Under the pieces are notes generated by a model. It saw only the letters and a program-made list of their open reading frames with translations, was not told the origin of the DNA and made no database searches. Shown one piece after another: positions 18,293-28,029 of a DNA stretch of 64,000 nucleotides. The first letter of the stretch is position 1; the number at the start of each line of letters is the position of its first letter. Source of the DNA: Hyalangium minutum (GTDB lineage: Bacteria; Myxococcota; Myxococcia; Myxococcales; Myxococcaceae); contig NZ_JMCB01000002.1 of NCBI RefSeq assembly GCF_000737315.1, positions 620,001-684,000 of the forward strand. Direction: 5' to 3'. The translations under genes and the position numbers were made by a program.

Positions 18293-19594
18293 ATGCGCAT
18301 CGCCATCATCGGAACGGGCTACGTCGGCCTTGTCGCGGGCACCTGCTTCGCGGACTCCGGCAACGATGTCACCTGTGTGGACATCGACGAGCGGAAGATC
18401 CGCGCGCTGCAGGCGGGCGAGGTGCCCCTCTACGAGCCAGGCCTGGAAGAGCTCATCCGCAAGAACGTGAAGGAGCGGCGCCTGTCCTTCACCCTGAACC
18501 TGGCCGAGGCGGTGGGCCCGGCGCAGGTGGTCTTCATCGCGGTGGGTACCCCCGAGGGCGAGAGCGGCGACGCGGACCTACAGTACGTGCTGACCGCCGC
18601 CGAGCAGATTGGCCGGGCGATGCGCCAGTACACGGTGGTGGTGGACAAGAGCACCGTGCCGGTGGGCACCGCGGACAAGGTGCGCGAGGCCATCTCCCAC
18701 GTGACGAAGGTGGAGTTCGACGTCGTCTCCAACCCCGAGTTCCTCAAGGAGGGCGCGGCGCTGGAGGACTTCCTCAAGCCGGACCGGGTGGTGATCGGCA
18801 CCAGCTCGGAGCGGGCCCGCCGCATCATGGGCGAGCTGTACGCGCCCTTCGTCCGGACGGAGAACCCCATCTTCTATATGGATACGCGCTCGGCCGAGCT
18901 GACGAAGTACGCGGCCAACGCGATGCTGAGCACGCGCATCTCCTTCATGAACGACATGGCCGCGCTCTGCGAGAAGGTGGGCGCGGACGTGGACTTCGTG
19001 CGCAAGGCGCTCGGCGCGGATCGGCGCATCGGCTACCCGTTCCTCTTCCCCGGCGTGGGCTACGGCGGCTCGTGCTTCCCCAAGGACGTGAAGGCGCTGG
19101 TGGCCACGGGCCGTGAGCACGGGCTGGAGTTGGACCTGCTGCGCGCCGTGGAGCGCACCAACGAGCGCCAGAAGAAGCTGCTGGTGAACAAGGCCCTGAA
19201 GCACTTCGGCGGCTCGCTGGCGGGGCGCACCTTCGGCGTGTGGGGCCTGTCCTTCAAGCCGAAGACGGACGACATGCGTGAGGCGCCTTCCATTGAGATC
19301 ATCGAGGGCCTGCTGGGCAAGGGCGCCCAGGTGGTGGCGCATGACCCCGTGGCGGACCGCACCGCGCGGCGCTACTTCGGCGACCGCATCCGTTACGCCT
19401 CGCTGCCCTACGAGGCGCTGGAGGGCGTGGACGCGCTCTTCATCGTCACCGAGTGGAACGAGTTCCGCCACCCGGACTTCGAGCGGATGAAGTCGCTGAT
19501 GAAGTCGCCCATCATCTTCGACGGCCGCAACATCTACGACCCGGCGCGGATGCGCGAACTGGGCTTCACGTACCAGGGCATCGGCCGACCGTGA
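18293..19594 (+). CDS. ugd: UDP-glucose/GDP-mannose 6-dehydrogenase
   Basis: IGTGYVG, KSTVPVGT, SNPEFLKEG, GYGGSCFPKD and FKPKTDDMREAP. Confidence 0.95.
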   Translation: MRIAIIGTGYVGLVAGTCFADSGNDVTCVDIDERKIRALQAGEVPLYEPGLEELIRKNVKERRLSFTLNLAEAVGPAQVVFIAVGTPEGESGDADLQYVLTAAEQIGRAMRQYTVVVDKSTVPVGTADKVREAISHVTKVEFDVVSNPEFLKEGAALEDFLKPDRVVIGTSSERARRIMGELYAPFVRTENPIFYMDTRSAELTKYAANAMLSTRISFMNDMAALCEKVGADVDFVRKALGADRRIGYPFLFPGVGYGGSCFPKDVKALVATGREHGLELDLLRAVERTNERQKKLLVNKALKHFGGSLAGRTFGVWGLSFKPKTDDMREAPSIEIIEGLLGKGAQVVAHDPVADRTARRYFGDRIRYASLPYEALEGVDALFIVTEWNEFRHPDFERMKSLMKSPIIFDGRNIYDPARMRELGFTYQGIGRP

Positions 19595-20763
19595 GCCGGG
19601 CCGAGCCCCTTCCGGCGCTCACCGGGCTGCGCTTCTTCGCCGCGCTGCACGTGGTGGTGTTCCACTTTGGCTTCGGGTGGATGGAGCTCGCGCCCGGGTG
19701 GATGCAGGCCCTCTCCCAGTGCGGGTACGCCTCGGTGGGGTTGTTCTTCGTGCTCTCTGGGTTCGTCCTCTCTTACAACTACCTGGGGCCGGAGGGGCGC
19801 ATGGCGGTGGCGCCGCGCACCTTCTGGATCGCCCGGATTGCTCGCATCTATCCGGTGTACGTGCTCGCGCTGGTGCTGCTGGCGCCCCATGTCATGGCCG
19901 GCTCGCTGGCGGCGAACAGCCCGGCGATGGCGGCGGCAAAGCTGGCGGTGGGCGGCGGGAGCGCGCTGCTGCTCGTACACACGTGGCTGCCGCCCGCGAC
20001 GCTCTACTGGAACCCGCCCGGCTGGTCGGTCGCCGTGGAGGCGTTCTTCTACGCGGTGTTCCCGGCCCTCGCGGTCCGCATGGGGCGGTGGACGCGTGCG
20101 CGGCTCCTGTGGGCCCTGGCGGGGCTCTGGGCCCTGGGGCTCCTGCCGTCACTGCTCTACCTGGCGCTGGAGCCGGATGGGGAGCCCGCCAGCATCCTCT
20201 CGCGGGGCGTGTGGCTCACCGTGCTCAAGTTCAACCCGGTGCTGCGCCTGCCCGAGTTCCTCATGGGCGTCGTGCTGGGCCGGCTCTTTCTCCAGGAGGG
20301 GCCCGCACGCGGCCGTACGGGGGCGCTGCTGGCCTCGGTGGCGGCGCTGCTCACGGTGGGAGCCTTCGCTTCCAGCTCGCGGCTGCCCTTTCCGCTGCTG
20401 CACAACGCGCTGCTGGCCCCGGTGTACGCGCTGCTGGTGTACGGGCTGGCGCGAGGGGGCGGGGCCTTGGGATGGTTCTTGTCCCGGCCGCTCCTGGTCC
20501 GGCTCGGAGAGGCCAGCTATGCGCTGTACATCCTCCACCACCCGGTGTGGCTGGCAGTGGGGGCCGCCGCGGCGGCCATGGCTCCGTGGGTGGAGCTGAG
20601 CTCGCCCCGGGCCCTGTTCACCGTGTTCCTGCCGGTAGCGCTCGTGGCGTCGTGGCTCGCCCACCGGTATGTGGAGATGCCCCTGCGCGGAGGGGTCCGG
20701 CGCGTGCTCCAGGACTGGACGGAGCGGGGCCGCCGAGGCGCCGCGGTCGAGCCGGGGGTATGA
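19591..20763 (+). CDS. Acyltransferase family 3 (paralog of 400..1596)
   Basis: GTG start overlapping the ugd stop; LTGLRFFAAL, FFVLSGF, RIYP, WSVAVEAFFY and LGEASYALY. Confidence 0.9.
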   Translation: MSRAEPLPALTGLRFFAALHVVVFHFGFGWMELAPGWMQALSQCGYASVGLFFVLSGFVLSYNYLGPEGRMAVAPRTFWIARIARIYPVYVLALVLLAPHVMAGSLAANSPAMAAAKLAVGGGSALLLVHTWLPPATLYWNPPGWSVAVEAFFYAVFPALAVRMGRWTRARLLWALAGLWALGLLPSLLYLALEPDGEPASILSRGVWLTVLKFNPVLRLPEFLMGVVLGRLFLQEGPARGRTGALLASVAALLTVGAFASSSRLPFPLLHNALLAPVYALLVYGLARGGGALGWFLSRPLLVRLGEASYALYILHHPVWLAVGAAAAAMAPWVELSSPRALFTVFLPVALVASWLAHRYVEMPLRGGVRRVLQDWTERGRRGAAVEPGV

Positions 20764-20766
20764 AGG

Positions 20767-21060
20767 TCAGCGGGCCAGACCGCAGGCCAGCTTGCCCTCG
20801 GAGGTATTGAGGTCGACGTTCTTCGCCTCCTGCGAGCAGTCGCACGAGTCGATCTTGGACTCGCAGAAGGCCTCGTCCTCGGCGGTGGGCTCGACGACGG
20901 CCTCGTCGTTGATGGCGCGGCGCACGCACACCTCGCGCTCGAGCGAAGTCGTGGTGGAGCAGTCGCAGATTCTCTCGGACAGCTCGCGGCAGGCGCCCTT
21001 GCAGCCAGAGAGGCCGAGCAGGGCAAGGGACAGCAGGGCGATGGCGGCAGGACGGCGCAT
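20767..21060 (-). CDS. Small Cys-rich lipoprotein
   Basis: MRRPAAIALLSLALLGLSG-C lipobox; 8 further Cys in about 78 aa of mature protein. Confidence 0.75.
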   Translation of the reverse strand: MRRPAAIALLSLALLGLSGCKGACRELSERICDCSTTTSLEREVCVRRAINDEAVVEPTAEDEAFCESKIDSCDCSQEAKNVDLNTSEGKLACGLAR

Positions 21061-21247
21061 GGGCTGGCGGAAGATGCCAGATGCCACTCCGGATGCAAGC
21101 CGTGTCCCTCGGGGAGCGGTGGCTGACGAGGCTCCCGAGCCGCCTGCCCGCCTGCTCCCGGGAAGCCAGGAGGGGACCCCGTGCCTCAAGGGAAGGGGAC
21201 GGGGTGGAGGCTTTCTCGCTCGCTCGTGAGATAGTGAGGGCGCGTCC

Positions 21248-23917
21248 ATGGCCTCCGCGTCTCGCCGCACCTCCCGGTTCAGTCTTGGCGCCGAAGCGGC
21301 GCTCGCGGGGCTCATCATCCTTTGTCCCCTGGCTCTTGGCGGAGCTCCCACGTGGGTGCTCTGGCCGCTGGTGGGGCTGGCGGCGGTGGCTTTTGCCCTT
21401 GCAGGAGTGGGGGCTCGGCGCCTGGGGCACTCGCTCCATGTGCCGCTGATCGCGGTGCCGCTGGTGGCGGGCGCGGGGCTCTGCCTGCTGCAGCTCCTCC
21501 CGCTCCCCTCGGGCCTGCTCGGGTGGGTAAGCCCCGAGGCCGCCGCGCTGCGTGACTTCGCGCTCGCGCCTCTGGGCCTCACGTCCGCGCGTCCTGTCTC
21601 CCTGGATCCGCCAGCCACGTGGAGAGCGCTCGCGGGCTCTGCGGCGTACGCGCTGGCCTTCGTCGCGGCGGTGGAGGTGTGCCGCTCCCGGCGCTCCCGG
21701 CGGCGGTTGCTGGCCACGCTGGCTTTCACCGGAGCGGCGCTGACGGTGATCGGGCTGCTGCACGCGCTGCTGGGGGTAACGCAGCTGTTTGGCCTGCGTG
21801 CCTTTGCCCATGCGCAGCCGCCCCTGGTGACGCCGTTCGGCAACCCCAACCACCTGGCCGGGTTTCTCGGGCTGGCCTCCACGGTGGGGCTGGGCCTGAC
21901 GCTCACGAGCGAGCTGCGCGAGCGCGGAGTGCTCTTCGCCGCAGCGGCGCTGCTGTCCGGGGCCGGGGTGCTCCTGTCGCTCTCGCGCGCGGGGATCCTC
22001 TTCTTCGTGTTGGGGCAGGCGCTCCTCGCGGCGAGGACGCTGTACGACCGCCAGCGGACGGGCAGGGCGGAGCGCTCGCCGCTGCCCAAGGGCCGGGCCG
22101 CTGCCGCGCTGCTCGTCCTGGGCGCGACGCTGGCGGTGGGGGGCTACGTGGGGTGGGAGAAGCTGGTGGTGGAGGCCGCCAGCGCGGACAGCGTCGAGGA
22201 GCTGCGCCAGAGCAGCAAGGTGGAGCTGTGGCCGCGGATGATTGAAGCGGCGAGGGCCTTTCCGGTGCTGGGCATGGGCCGAGGCTCCTTCGAGTCTGTC
22301 TTCCCGCGCTATCAGACCGAGCCCAATCCCAACACGCTGACACACCCGGAGAACGCGGTGCTGCAGCTCGGGGCGGAGTTCGGGGTGCCAGGGCTGGTGT
22401 TGCTGGCCGGGATGGTGTGGGGCTTCCTGCGGTTGCTGCGGCGGGAGCGGCTGGGCGGCGCGGAGGTGGCGGTGCTCGCGGGAGTCGCGGCGCTCGGGCT
22501 CCACAACTTGTTCGACTTCAGCCTGGAGTTGCCCGCGTGCGCGGCGGCGGCGTGGGTGGCGCTCGCGGCGGTGGCTCGGCCGGAGGAGCGAGAGACTCCA
22601 GAGGCGCCGGCAGCGACGTGGAGGCTGGCTCCCAACCGGGCGCTGGGAGTTGCTGCGGCGCTGGTGCTCTTCGGGGGAGTGGGGCTGGTGGCGGGGCGGC
22701 ACACGCTGGCCGGAGCGGAGGAGGAGCTGTCCGGGCTCATCCAGGCCCGTGCGCCGCTGAGCCAGGTGCGAGCGCGGGCGCTGGCGCTCATCGACCGGCA
22801 CCCCTCGGACTATCTGCTCTACAGCCTCGCGGGCTCGGCGCACGCGGCCGAAGGGAAGGCCTCCGCCGAGGACGCGCTCGCCTTCGTGAACCGGGCGCTC
22901 TACCTGAGGCCCGTGGACCCGGACGCGCACCGGATTGCCGCGCGGGCGCTGCTGGCACTGGGGCGCCGGAGCCAGGGCTTCCTGGAGTACCGGCTGGCGT
23001 ACGAATCGGGAGATAGGGACGTGCTGGCGCGCGAGGCCCTGGAGCAGTCGCGCACGCTGGAGGATCTCCAGCGGCTGACTCCGAATGATCCCCGGGTGGT
23101 GGCCGCCCTGGCGCAGTCCCTCCAGTTCCGTCCTGGGAGGCAGGAGCAGGCGCTGGCGTGGCTCGCCTGGGCGCGTGAGTTCTTCGAGCAGGAGCTGAGC
23201 GATCGCTCGCCCGAAGCGTCACCGGTCCGTTTTGCCGCTCGAGACATGGATGCGCTGTGGGAGCAGGAGTCGCGCCTGCGCCTGATGCGGAAGGAGCTGG
23301 GGGAGGCCGATGTCCTGTGCGCCGAGCTGGAGAAGCGGGCGCCGGATGCGCTCGGGCCGCTGATGCTGCGGGCGGAGATTCTCCGGGCCCAGGGGCGGCG
23401 TGAGGAAGCGATCCAGTTGCTCGATCGGCTCCTGCCGCGCTTCCCAGGGAAGGTGGAGCTGGCCTTCCAGCTGACGAGCCAGCTGCTCGAAGGCGGGCTG
23501 ACGCGGCGGGCGAGGGAAGTGCTCCAACAGGCCAGTCCCTTCATCACGGACTATCCGCAGCGGGCGCGGCTGCTCTCGCTGGAGGCCATCAGCTTCGAGC
23601 AAGAGGGACTGCTTTCCCGCGCGCTGGAGCGGTACCAGACGGTCGCGAGGCTCGTACCCGCGCCAGAGGCCCACTTCACGGTGGCCCGGTTGCACGAGTC
23701 ACTGCGACGCTACGGAGAAGCGGCGCGCTCGGTGCGCGAGGGCCTGCATCTCCTGCCTTCCAACGTCCGGCGTGAGCAGGAGGAGTCTTGGGTGGCCCGC
23801 CTGGAGGAGGAGGAGCGCAAGCTCTTGGAGGCACGGCGGCAGGAGCTGATGCAGGACCCGCACAAGCAGGACATCGTCGAGCACCTGCTGGAGACGAGCT
23901 CCGACACGCCGCCGTGA
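21248..23917 (+). CDS. wzy: O-antigen ligase/Wzy polymerase-family membrane protein with C-terminal TPR-like helices
   Basis: PFGNPNHLAGFL, SLSRAG, FPVLGMGRGSF, HPENAVLQ and LHNLFDF, followed by TPR-like repeats. Confidence 0.8.
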   Translation: MASASRRTSRFSLGAEAALAGLIILCPLALGGAPTWVLWPLVGLAAVAFALAGVGARRLGHSLHVPLIAVPLVAGAGLCLLQLLPLPSGLLGWVSPEAAALRDFALAPLGLTSARPVSLDPPATWRALAGSAAYALAFVAAVEVCRSRRSRRRLLATLAFTGAALTVIGLLHALLGVTQLFGLRAFAHAQPPLVTPFGNPNHLAGFLGLASTVGLGLTLTSELRERGVLFAAAALLSGAGVLLSLSRAGILFFVLGQALLAARTLYDRQRTGRAERSPLPKGRAAAALLVLGATLAVGGYVGWEKLVVEAASADSVEELRQSSKVELWPRMIEAARAFPVLGMGRGSFESVFPRYQTEPNPNTLTHPENAVLQLGAEFGVPGLVLLAGMVWGFLRLLRRERLGGAEVAVLAGVAALGLHNLFDFSLELPACAAAAWVALAAVARPEERETPEAPAATWRLAPNRALGVAAALVLFGGVGLVAGRHTLAGAEEELSGLIQARAPLSQVRARALALIDRHPSDYLLYSLAGSAHAAEGKASAEDALAFVNRALYLRPVDPDAHRIAARALLALGRRSQGFLEYRLAYESGDRDVLAREALEQSRTLEDLQRLTPNDPRVVAALAQSLQFRPGRQEQALAWLAWAREFFEQELSDRSPEASPVRFAARDMDALWEQESRLRLMRKELGEADVLCAELEKRAPDALGPLMLRAEILRAQGRREEAIQLLDRLLPRFPGKVELAFQLTSQLLEGGLTRRAREVLQQASPFITDYPQRARLLSLEAISFEQEGLLSRALERYQTVARLVPAPEAHFTVARLHESLRRYGEAARSVREGLHLLPSNVRREQEESWVARLEEEERKLLEARRQELMQDPHKQDIVEHLLETSSDTPP

Positions 23918-23944
23918 GCAGGGGCGGACGTCGGAGATGGGTGG

Positions 23945-25615
23945 CTATCGGCTCTTCAGCACCGGCACCGAGCGCCAGAACACCTCGAGCATCTCGATGT
24001 TCTCGTCATCCATCAGAGAGCGCAGGGCCCGGTCCAGGTGGGACTCCTTATCCAGGGCCAGCCACTCCGTCGACTTCCCGGTGCCCAGGTTCTGCTTGGC
24101 GTTCTCGGGGGGAGGAACGTCCTCCTGCGGGAGGTCCGGGGTCTTCTGCGGTGCGGGGAGCTTCTCGGGAGTCTGCACGCCGGAGCCCTCGGGCTTCTGC
24201 TCGGGCTCGGGCTCCTTCTCTGGAGACTTCTGCTCGGGCGGCCCGAACTTCTGGAGCGCGAACCGGCGCGCGGCGATGGCGCCTCGGATGAAGAACTGCT
24301 CCCGGAGCAGCAGCGCGTTGGTGCGGCCCACGCGCTCGATGAGCAGGGCCTGATCCTGCCAGTCACAGATGCGCGGCAGGCCATAGACGGTGTTGAAGAA
24401 GATGCGCGAGGTGGGCGTGAACGCCAGCGCGTGGATGGAGTCGATGCGCTCCTCGGCCAGACGCGCAGCATCCTCCTCGGCCAGCCCGTCGATGATGTTC
24501 AGGTCCGTCGGCTCGGGCGAAGCAAAGCCTTCCAGGCCCAGCAGGCTCGCGGCGCGGTTGGTCACGATCCGGAGGATCCGCTCTCCGAGGAGCGCGACAG
24601 CAATGCCAATGAGCAGCGCCCCCGTTCTTCCACTCAGCGGGTTGGTGCCTGGGGCGGGCGGGGTAGTGGCAGCGAGGGGAGGCGGCTCGGCGAGCGCGGA
24701 TACCTCCGGCGCCCGGGGGATGGCGCTCAGTGGATTGCCTTCGAGCAGCAGGGCGCCAAAGAAGAGGGCGCAGACCGAGACGATCAGCAGCGTGCGAGAC
24801 GCGCGGGCCATCATCCGCGCGGTGGCGTCATTGCTCGCCGAGCGGAAGAAGATCTGCCCCAGGTGCAGGGTGAACGAGATGGTCACCGAGGTCCCCACCG
24901 CGAGCGCGATGTAGTCGTCCTCGGTCGTCATGAGCACGGTGCAGGTGATCAGGATGCTCGAGGCCAGGAAGCCGAGAATGCCCGCGTGGCGGCCCATGCG
25001 GTGGATGGCGCCCTCCATGATTTCCCGCTCGTACTCCCAGTTGGCGCGGGCGTGCTTGACGACCTGCGCACCGTACTTCCGGCTGGAGATGAGGGCGGGG
25101 TTGACCTCGAAGGAGAAGTCCCCGCGGGCCATGCGGCGCTCGACCAGGAGCGAGACACCGAGCGTCAGCAGCGCGGGCGCCGAGGACAGGCACAGGATGC
25201 CCAGCAGGGGCATGGAGATGCCCAGCAGCATGGGGCCCTTCATGAACTGCGGCTGCACCCTCAGGATGCAGTAGGCAGTGAAGAGGATGGCGGCCAGGAG
25301 GACCAGCAGGGCCGGCTTCACCAGCGAGGGCGCGAGCGCGGCCGTGGTCTTCGCCAGCGCCAGCCACTGCTCCTCCACGCGGGCACGGATGTTGGACCAG
25401 TGGGTGATGGCCAGGATGAGCACGCCCGCGAGCACCGCGAGGGCCAGCTTGCCGTACCAGGCGAGGTTCTCCCGGAAGGCTCGTCCCGTCTCGCTGGTCG
25501 CCAGCACCCAGGTGAGCACCAGGAGCGCGACCGTCACCAGGCCGTTGAGGGACGGCTCGATCCACCGCAGCGGGTTGAACTTCGGGCGGGCGGCTGGCTG
25601 TTGCTCATCGCTCAT
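23945..25615 (-). CDS. Uncharacterised polytopic membrane protein with a C-terminal helix-hairpin-helix-like region
   Basis: About 8 hydrophobic segments; DLNIIDGLAEEDAARLAEERIDSIHALA; Pro/Glu/Lys-rich linker; consistent GC3 bias. Confidence 0.7.
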   Translation of the reverse strand: MSDEQQPAARPKFNPLRWIEPSLNGLVTVALLVLTWVLATSETGRAFRENLAWYGKLALAVLAGVLILAITHWSNIRARVEEQWLALAKTTAALAPSLVKPALLVLLAAILFTAYCILRVQPQFMKGPMLLGISMPLLGILCLSSAPALLTLGVSLLVERRMARGDFSFEVNPALISSRKYGAQVVKHARANWEYEREIMEGAIHRMGRHAGILGFLASSILITCTVLMTTEDDYIALAVGTSVTISFTLHLGQIFFRSASNDATARMMARASRTLLIVSVCALFFGALLLEGNPLSAIPRAPEVSALAEPPPLAATTPPAPGTNPLSGRTGALLIGIAVALLGERILRIVTNRAASLLGLEGFASPEPTDLNIIDGLAEEDAARLAEERIDSIHALAFTPTSRIFFNTVYGLPRICDWQDQALLIERVGRTNALLLREQFFIRGAIAARRFALQKFGPPEQKSPEKEPEPEQKPEGSGVQTPEKLPAPQKTPDLPQEDVPPPENAKQNLGTGKSTEWLALDKESHLDRALRSLMDDENIEMLEVFWRSVPVLKSR

Positions 25616-25717
25616 GGGGCATCACCTCACACCCCGCGTGCTCCGAGGTGCACCCGATGATGGCCAGCACCCTTCTCCAGCGTCAAAAATACAGCGGCCC
25701 CTTGAGCGAGGCCGTCC

Positions 25718-27040
25718 TCAGCGCTGGAAGTCGTAGACGCTGCCGAGCTGGAGGATCCGGGTGAGCTCGTCGAGCGCCGTCATCGTCTCGCGGGCGAGCT
25801 TGGGATCCTGCAAGTCCTTGGCGTAGAGCGTCTCGCGGTAGTGCTTGCGGATCCAGGCGGCGAGCGACTCGTGGAGCGAGGCGGAGTAGAAGACGTTGGC
25901 CTTCACGGCGGCGCGCTCGGCGTCGGTGAGCCCGATGCGCTGGCGCAGGCAAGCCGGACCGCCGCCGTTGTTCATGGACTGGCGCACGTCCAGGTAGTGC
26001 ACGGCCTTCACGGGGTTTTCCTCGGCCACCACGCGCTCCAGGAAGCGCCGCGTGGTCTCCATCTCCTGGCTCTCGATGGGCGCGATGATGGCCATGCTGC
26101 CATCCGGCAGGGTGAGCACCTGGGAGTTGAACGGGTACGCCTTCACCGCGTCCTTCACCGGCAGCTCCGCCTGGGTGGCGACCACGGAGGTGAAGCCCGG
26201 GCCCAGCTTCTCGCGCAGCGTGCGGAGCAGCCCGGCGTGGTCCACGAAGGCCAGCTCGTGGAGCATGAGGAAGGCACCATTGCCCACGGCGACCACGTCC
26301 GTATGGAAGGCGCCCGAGTCGATGCCCTCCGGGTGCTGCTGCGGGAAGAGGGTGCGGTCTGGATCCAAATGGTGCAGCCGGGCGAGCGCCTGGCTGGCCT
26401 CCAACGTTTGCCGGGCGGGGAAGCGCTGGGGTCCGGCAATGTCCTTCCACGCGCTGCGGCCCCAGGCGAGCAGGTGCACCGCGGCATGTCCGGGCGTCAC
26501 GAGCCGGGTGTGGTTGGCCGCGCCCTCGTCGGCGAAGTGGCCACCGCCGGGCAGGGGAGCGTGCACGGCGAACCGCGCCTCGTCCGAGAAGATGGCGCGC
26601 AGCACGGAGTGCGTGGTCTCCGCCTCGATGGCGCGGTGGAACATCTGCTGGAGGTTGGCGGGCGTCAGGTGCATCCGCTTGTCCCCCGTGTCCTCCGAGG
26701 GCGCACAGGTGGCGGCATTCGCCGTCCACATGGCGGCGGCGCTGGAGGTGAGCCGCAGCAGGTGCTCGGCCTCGCGAGCGGCGCGGGTGATGACCTCCTC
26801 GTCGGTGCCGGAGAAGCCCAGCATCCGGAGCGTCTTCAGCGAGGGGCGTGGCTGGGGCGGCAGCACGGCCTGTCCCACCCCGAGCCCCGCCACGAAGCGC
26901 ATCTTCTCCAGTCCTTGGAGGGCGGCTTCGCGAGGGTAGCTGGCCTGGCCGCCATGGGTGGTGGAGGCCAGGTTGCCGACCGAGAGGCCGCCATAATTAT
27001 GAGTAGGGCCGACGAGACCGTCGAAGTTGTACTCGCGCAT
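25718..27040 (-). CDS. astB: N-succinylarginine dihydrolase
   Basis: MREYNFDGLVGPTHNYGGLS, AALQGLEKM, DEGAANH, FHTDVVAVGN and SMNNGGGPACLR. Confidence 0.95.
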   Translation of the reverse strand: MREYNFDGLVGPTHNYGGLSVGNLASTTHGGQASYPREAALQGLEKMRFVAGLGVGQAVLPPQPRPSLKTLRMLGFSGTDEEVITRAAREAEHLLRLTSSAAAMWTANAATCAPSEDTGDKRMHLTPANLQQMFHRAIEAETTHSVLRAIFSDEARFAVHAPLPGGGHFADEGAANHTRLVTPGHAAVHLLAWGRSAWKDIAGPQRFPARQTLEASQALARLHHLDPDRTLFPQQHPEGIDSGAFHTDVVAVGNGAFLMLHELAFVDHAGLLRTLREKLGPGFTSVVATQAELPVKDAVKAYPFNSQVLTLPDGSMAIIAPIESQEMETTRRFLERVVAEENPVKAVHYLDVRQSMNNGGGPACLRQRIGLTDAERAAVKANVFYSASLHESLAAWIRKHYRETLYAKDLQDPKLARETMTALDELTRILQLGSVYDFQR

Positions 27041-27059
27041 TGGATATAGAACCGGGGCT

Positions 27060-28016
27060 GTGGAGCACCCACCCTTAGCAAAGCGGCTGAAGCGTTTCCT
27101 CCGCTACCTGCTCATCCGGGCCGCGCTGGCCCTGGTCCACCCCATGCCCCTGGGGGTGGCGCGGTGGCTGGGTGTGCGCTTCGGGACACTCGCGTTCCTC
27201 GTAGCGGGAGGCGAGCGACGCAAAGCGTTGAAGTCCCTGGCCCGCGCCTTCCCGGAGAAGTCCGAGGCCGAGCGGCTTGCTCTGGCCCGCGCGTGCTTCC
27301 GCCACCTGGGCTCCGCCATGTTCGAGGTGGGGTGCACAGCGGCGCTCGACCGGGAGCTGAAGCAGCTCGTGGCGTGGCCTCAGGAGGAGCGGGCCGTGCT
27401 GGAGGCGGCGCTCGCGCGAGGCAAGGGCGTGGTGTTCGTCTCGGGGCACGTGGGGAACTGGGAGCTACTGGCCCGGCGCGTGGCCTCCGAGGGCTTCCCC
27501 TGCCAGAGCATCGCCAAGGAGACGTCGGATCCGAGGGTCACCGAACTCGTGAGCCGCTTCCGGGAGCGGGGTGGGGTGCGGAGCATCTGGCGCGGGCAGG
27601 AGGGGGCGGCCCGGCACATGCTCCGGGCGCTGAAGGGCGGAGAGATTCTGGGGCTGCTCATCGATCAGGACACCAAGGTGCAGTCCTTCTTCGTGCCCTT
27701 CTTCGGAGAGCTGGCGGCGACGCCTCGGGCGGCGGCGGACCTGGCGATCCGCACCGGCGCGGCGGTGGTGGTGGGCTTCTGCCAGCGCGGCGCGGAGGGC
27801 TACCGGCTGACGATGGAGGAGGTGCCCCTGCCCACCGAGCAGGATCGGGAGGCGGCGGCGCTGGCGCTCACAGCCGCGCTCTCCCAGCGGATTGAGGCGG
27901 CCATCCGCCGTGTCCCCGAGCAGTGGGTATGGATGCACCAGCGGTGGAAGACCCGTCCCGAGGCTCAACCCGCGACACTTGCTCCTGGAGTCCAGGCGCC
28001 CGCCCCCTCCCGGTGA
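27060..28016 (+). CDS. Lipid A lauroyl/myristoyl acyltransferase (LpxL/HtrB family)
   Basis: SGHVGNWE (HxxxxE), LIDQD, FVPFFG and PEQWVWMHQRWK. Confidence 0.9.
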   Translation: MEHPPLAKRLKRFLRYLLIRAALALVHPMPLGVARWLGVRFGTLAFLVAGGERRKALKSLARAFPEKSEAERLALARACFRHLGSAMFEVGCTAALDRELKQLVAWPQEERAVLEAALARGKGVVFVSGHVGNWELLARRVASEGFPCQSIAKETSDPRVTELVSRFRERGGVRSIWRGQEGAARHMLRALKGGEILGLLIDQDTKVQSFFVPFFGELAATPRAAADLAIRTGAAVVVGFCQRGAEGYRLTMEEVPLPTEQDREAAALALTAALSQRIEAAIRRVPEQWVWMHQRWKTRPEAQPATLAPGVQAPAPSR

Positions 28017-28029
28017 TAGGAAGAGACCC

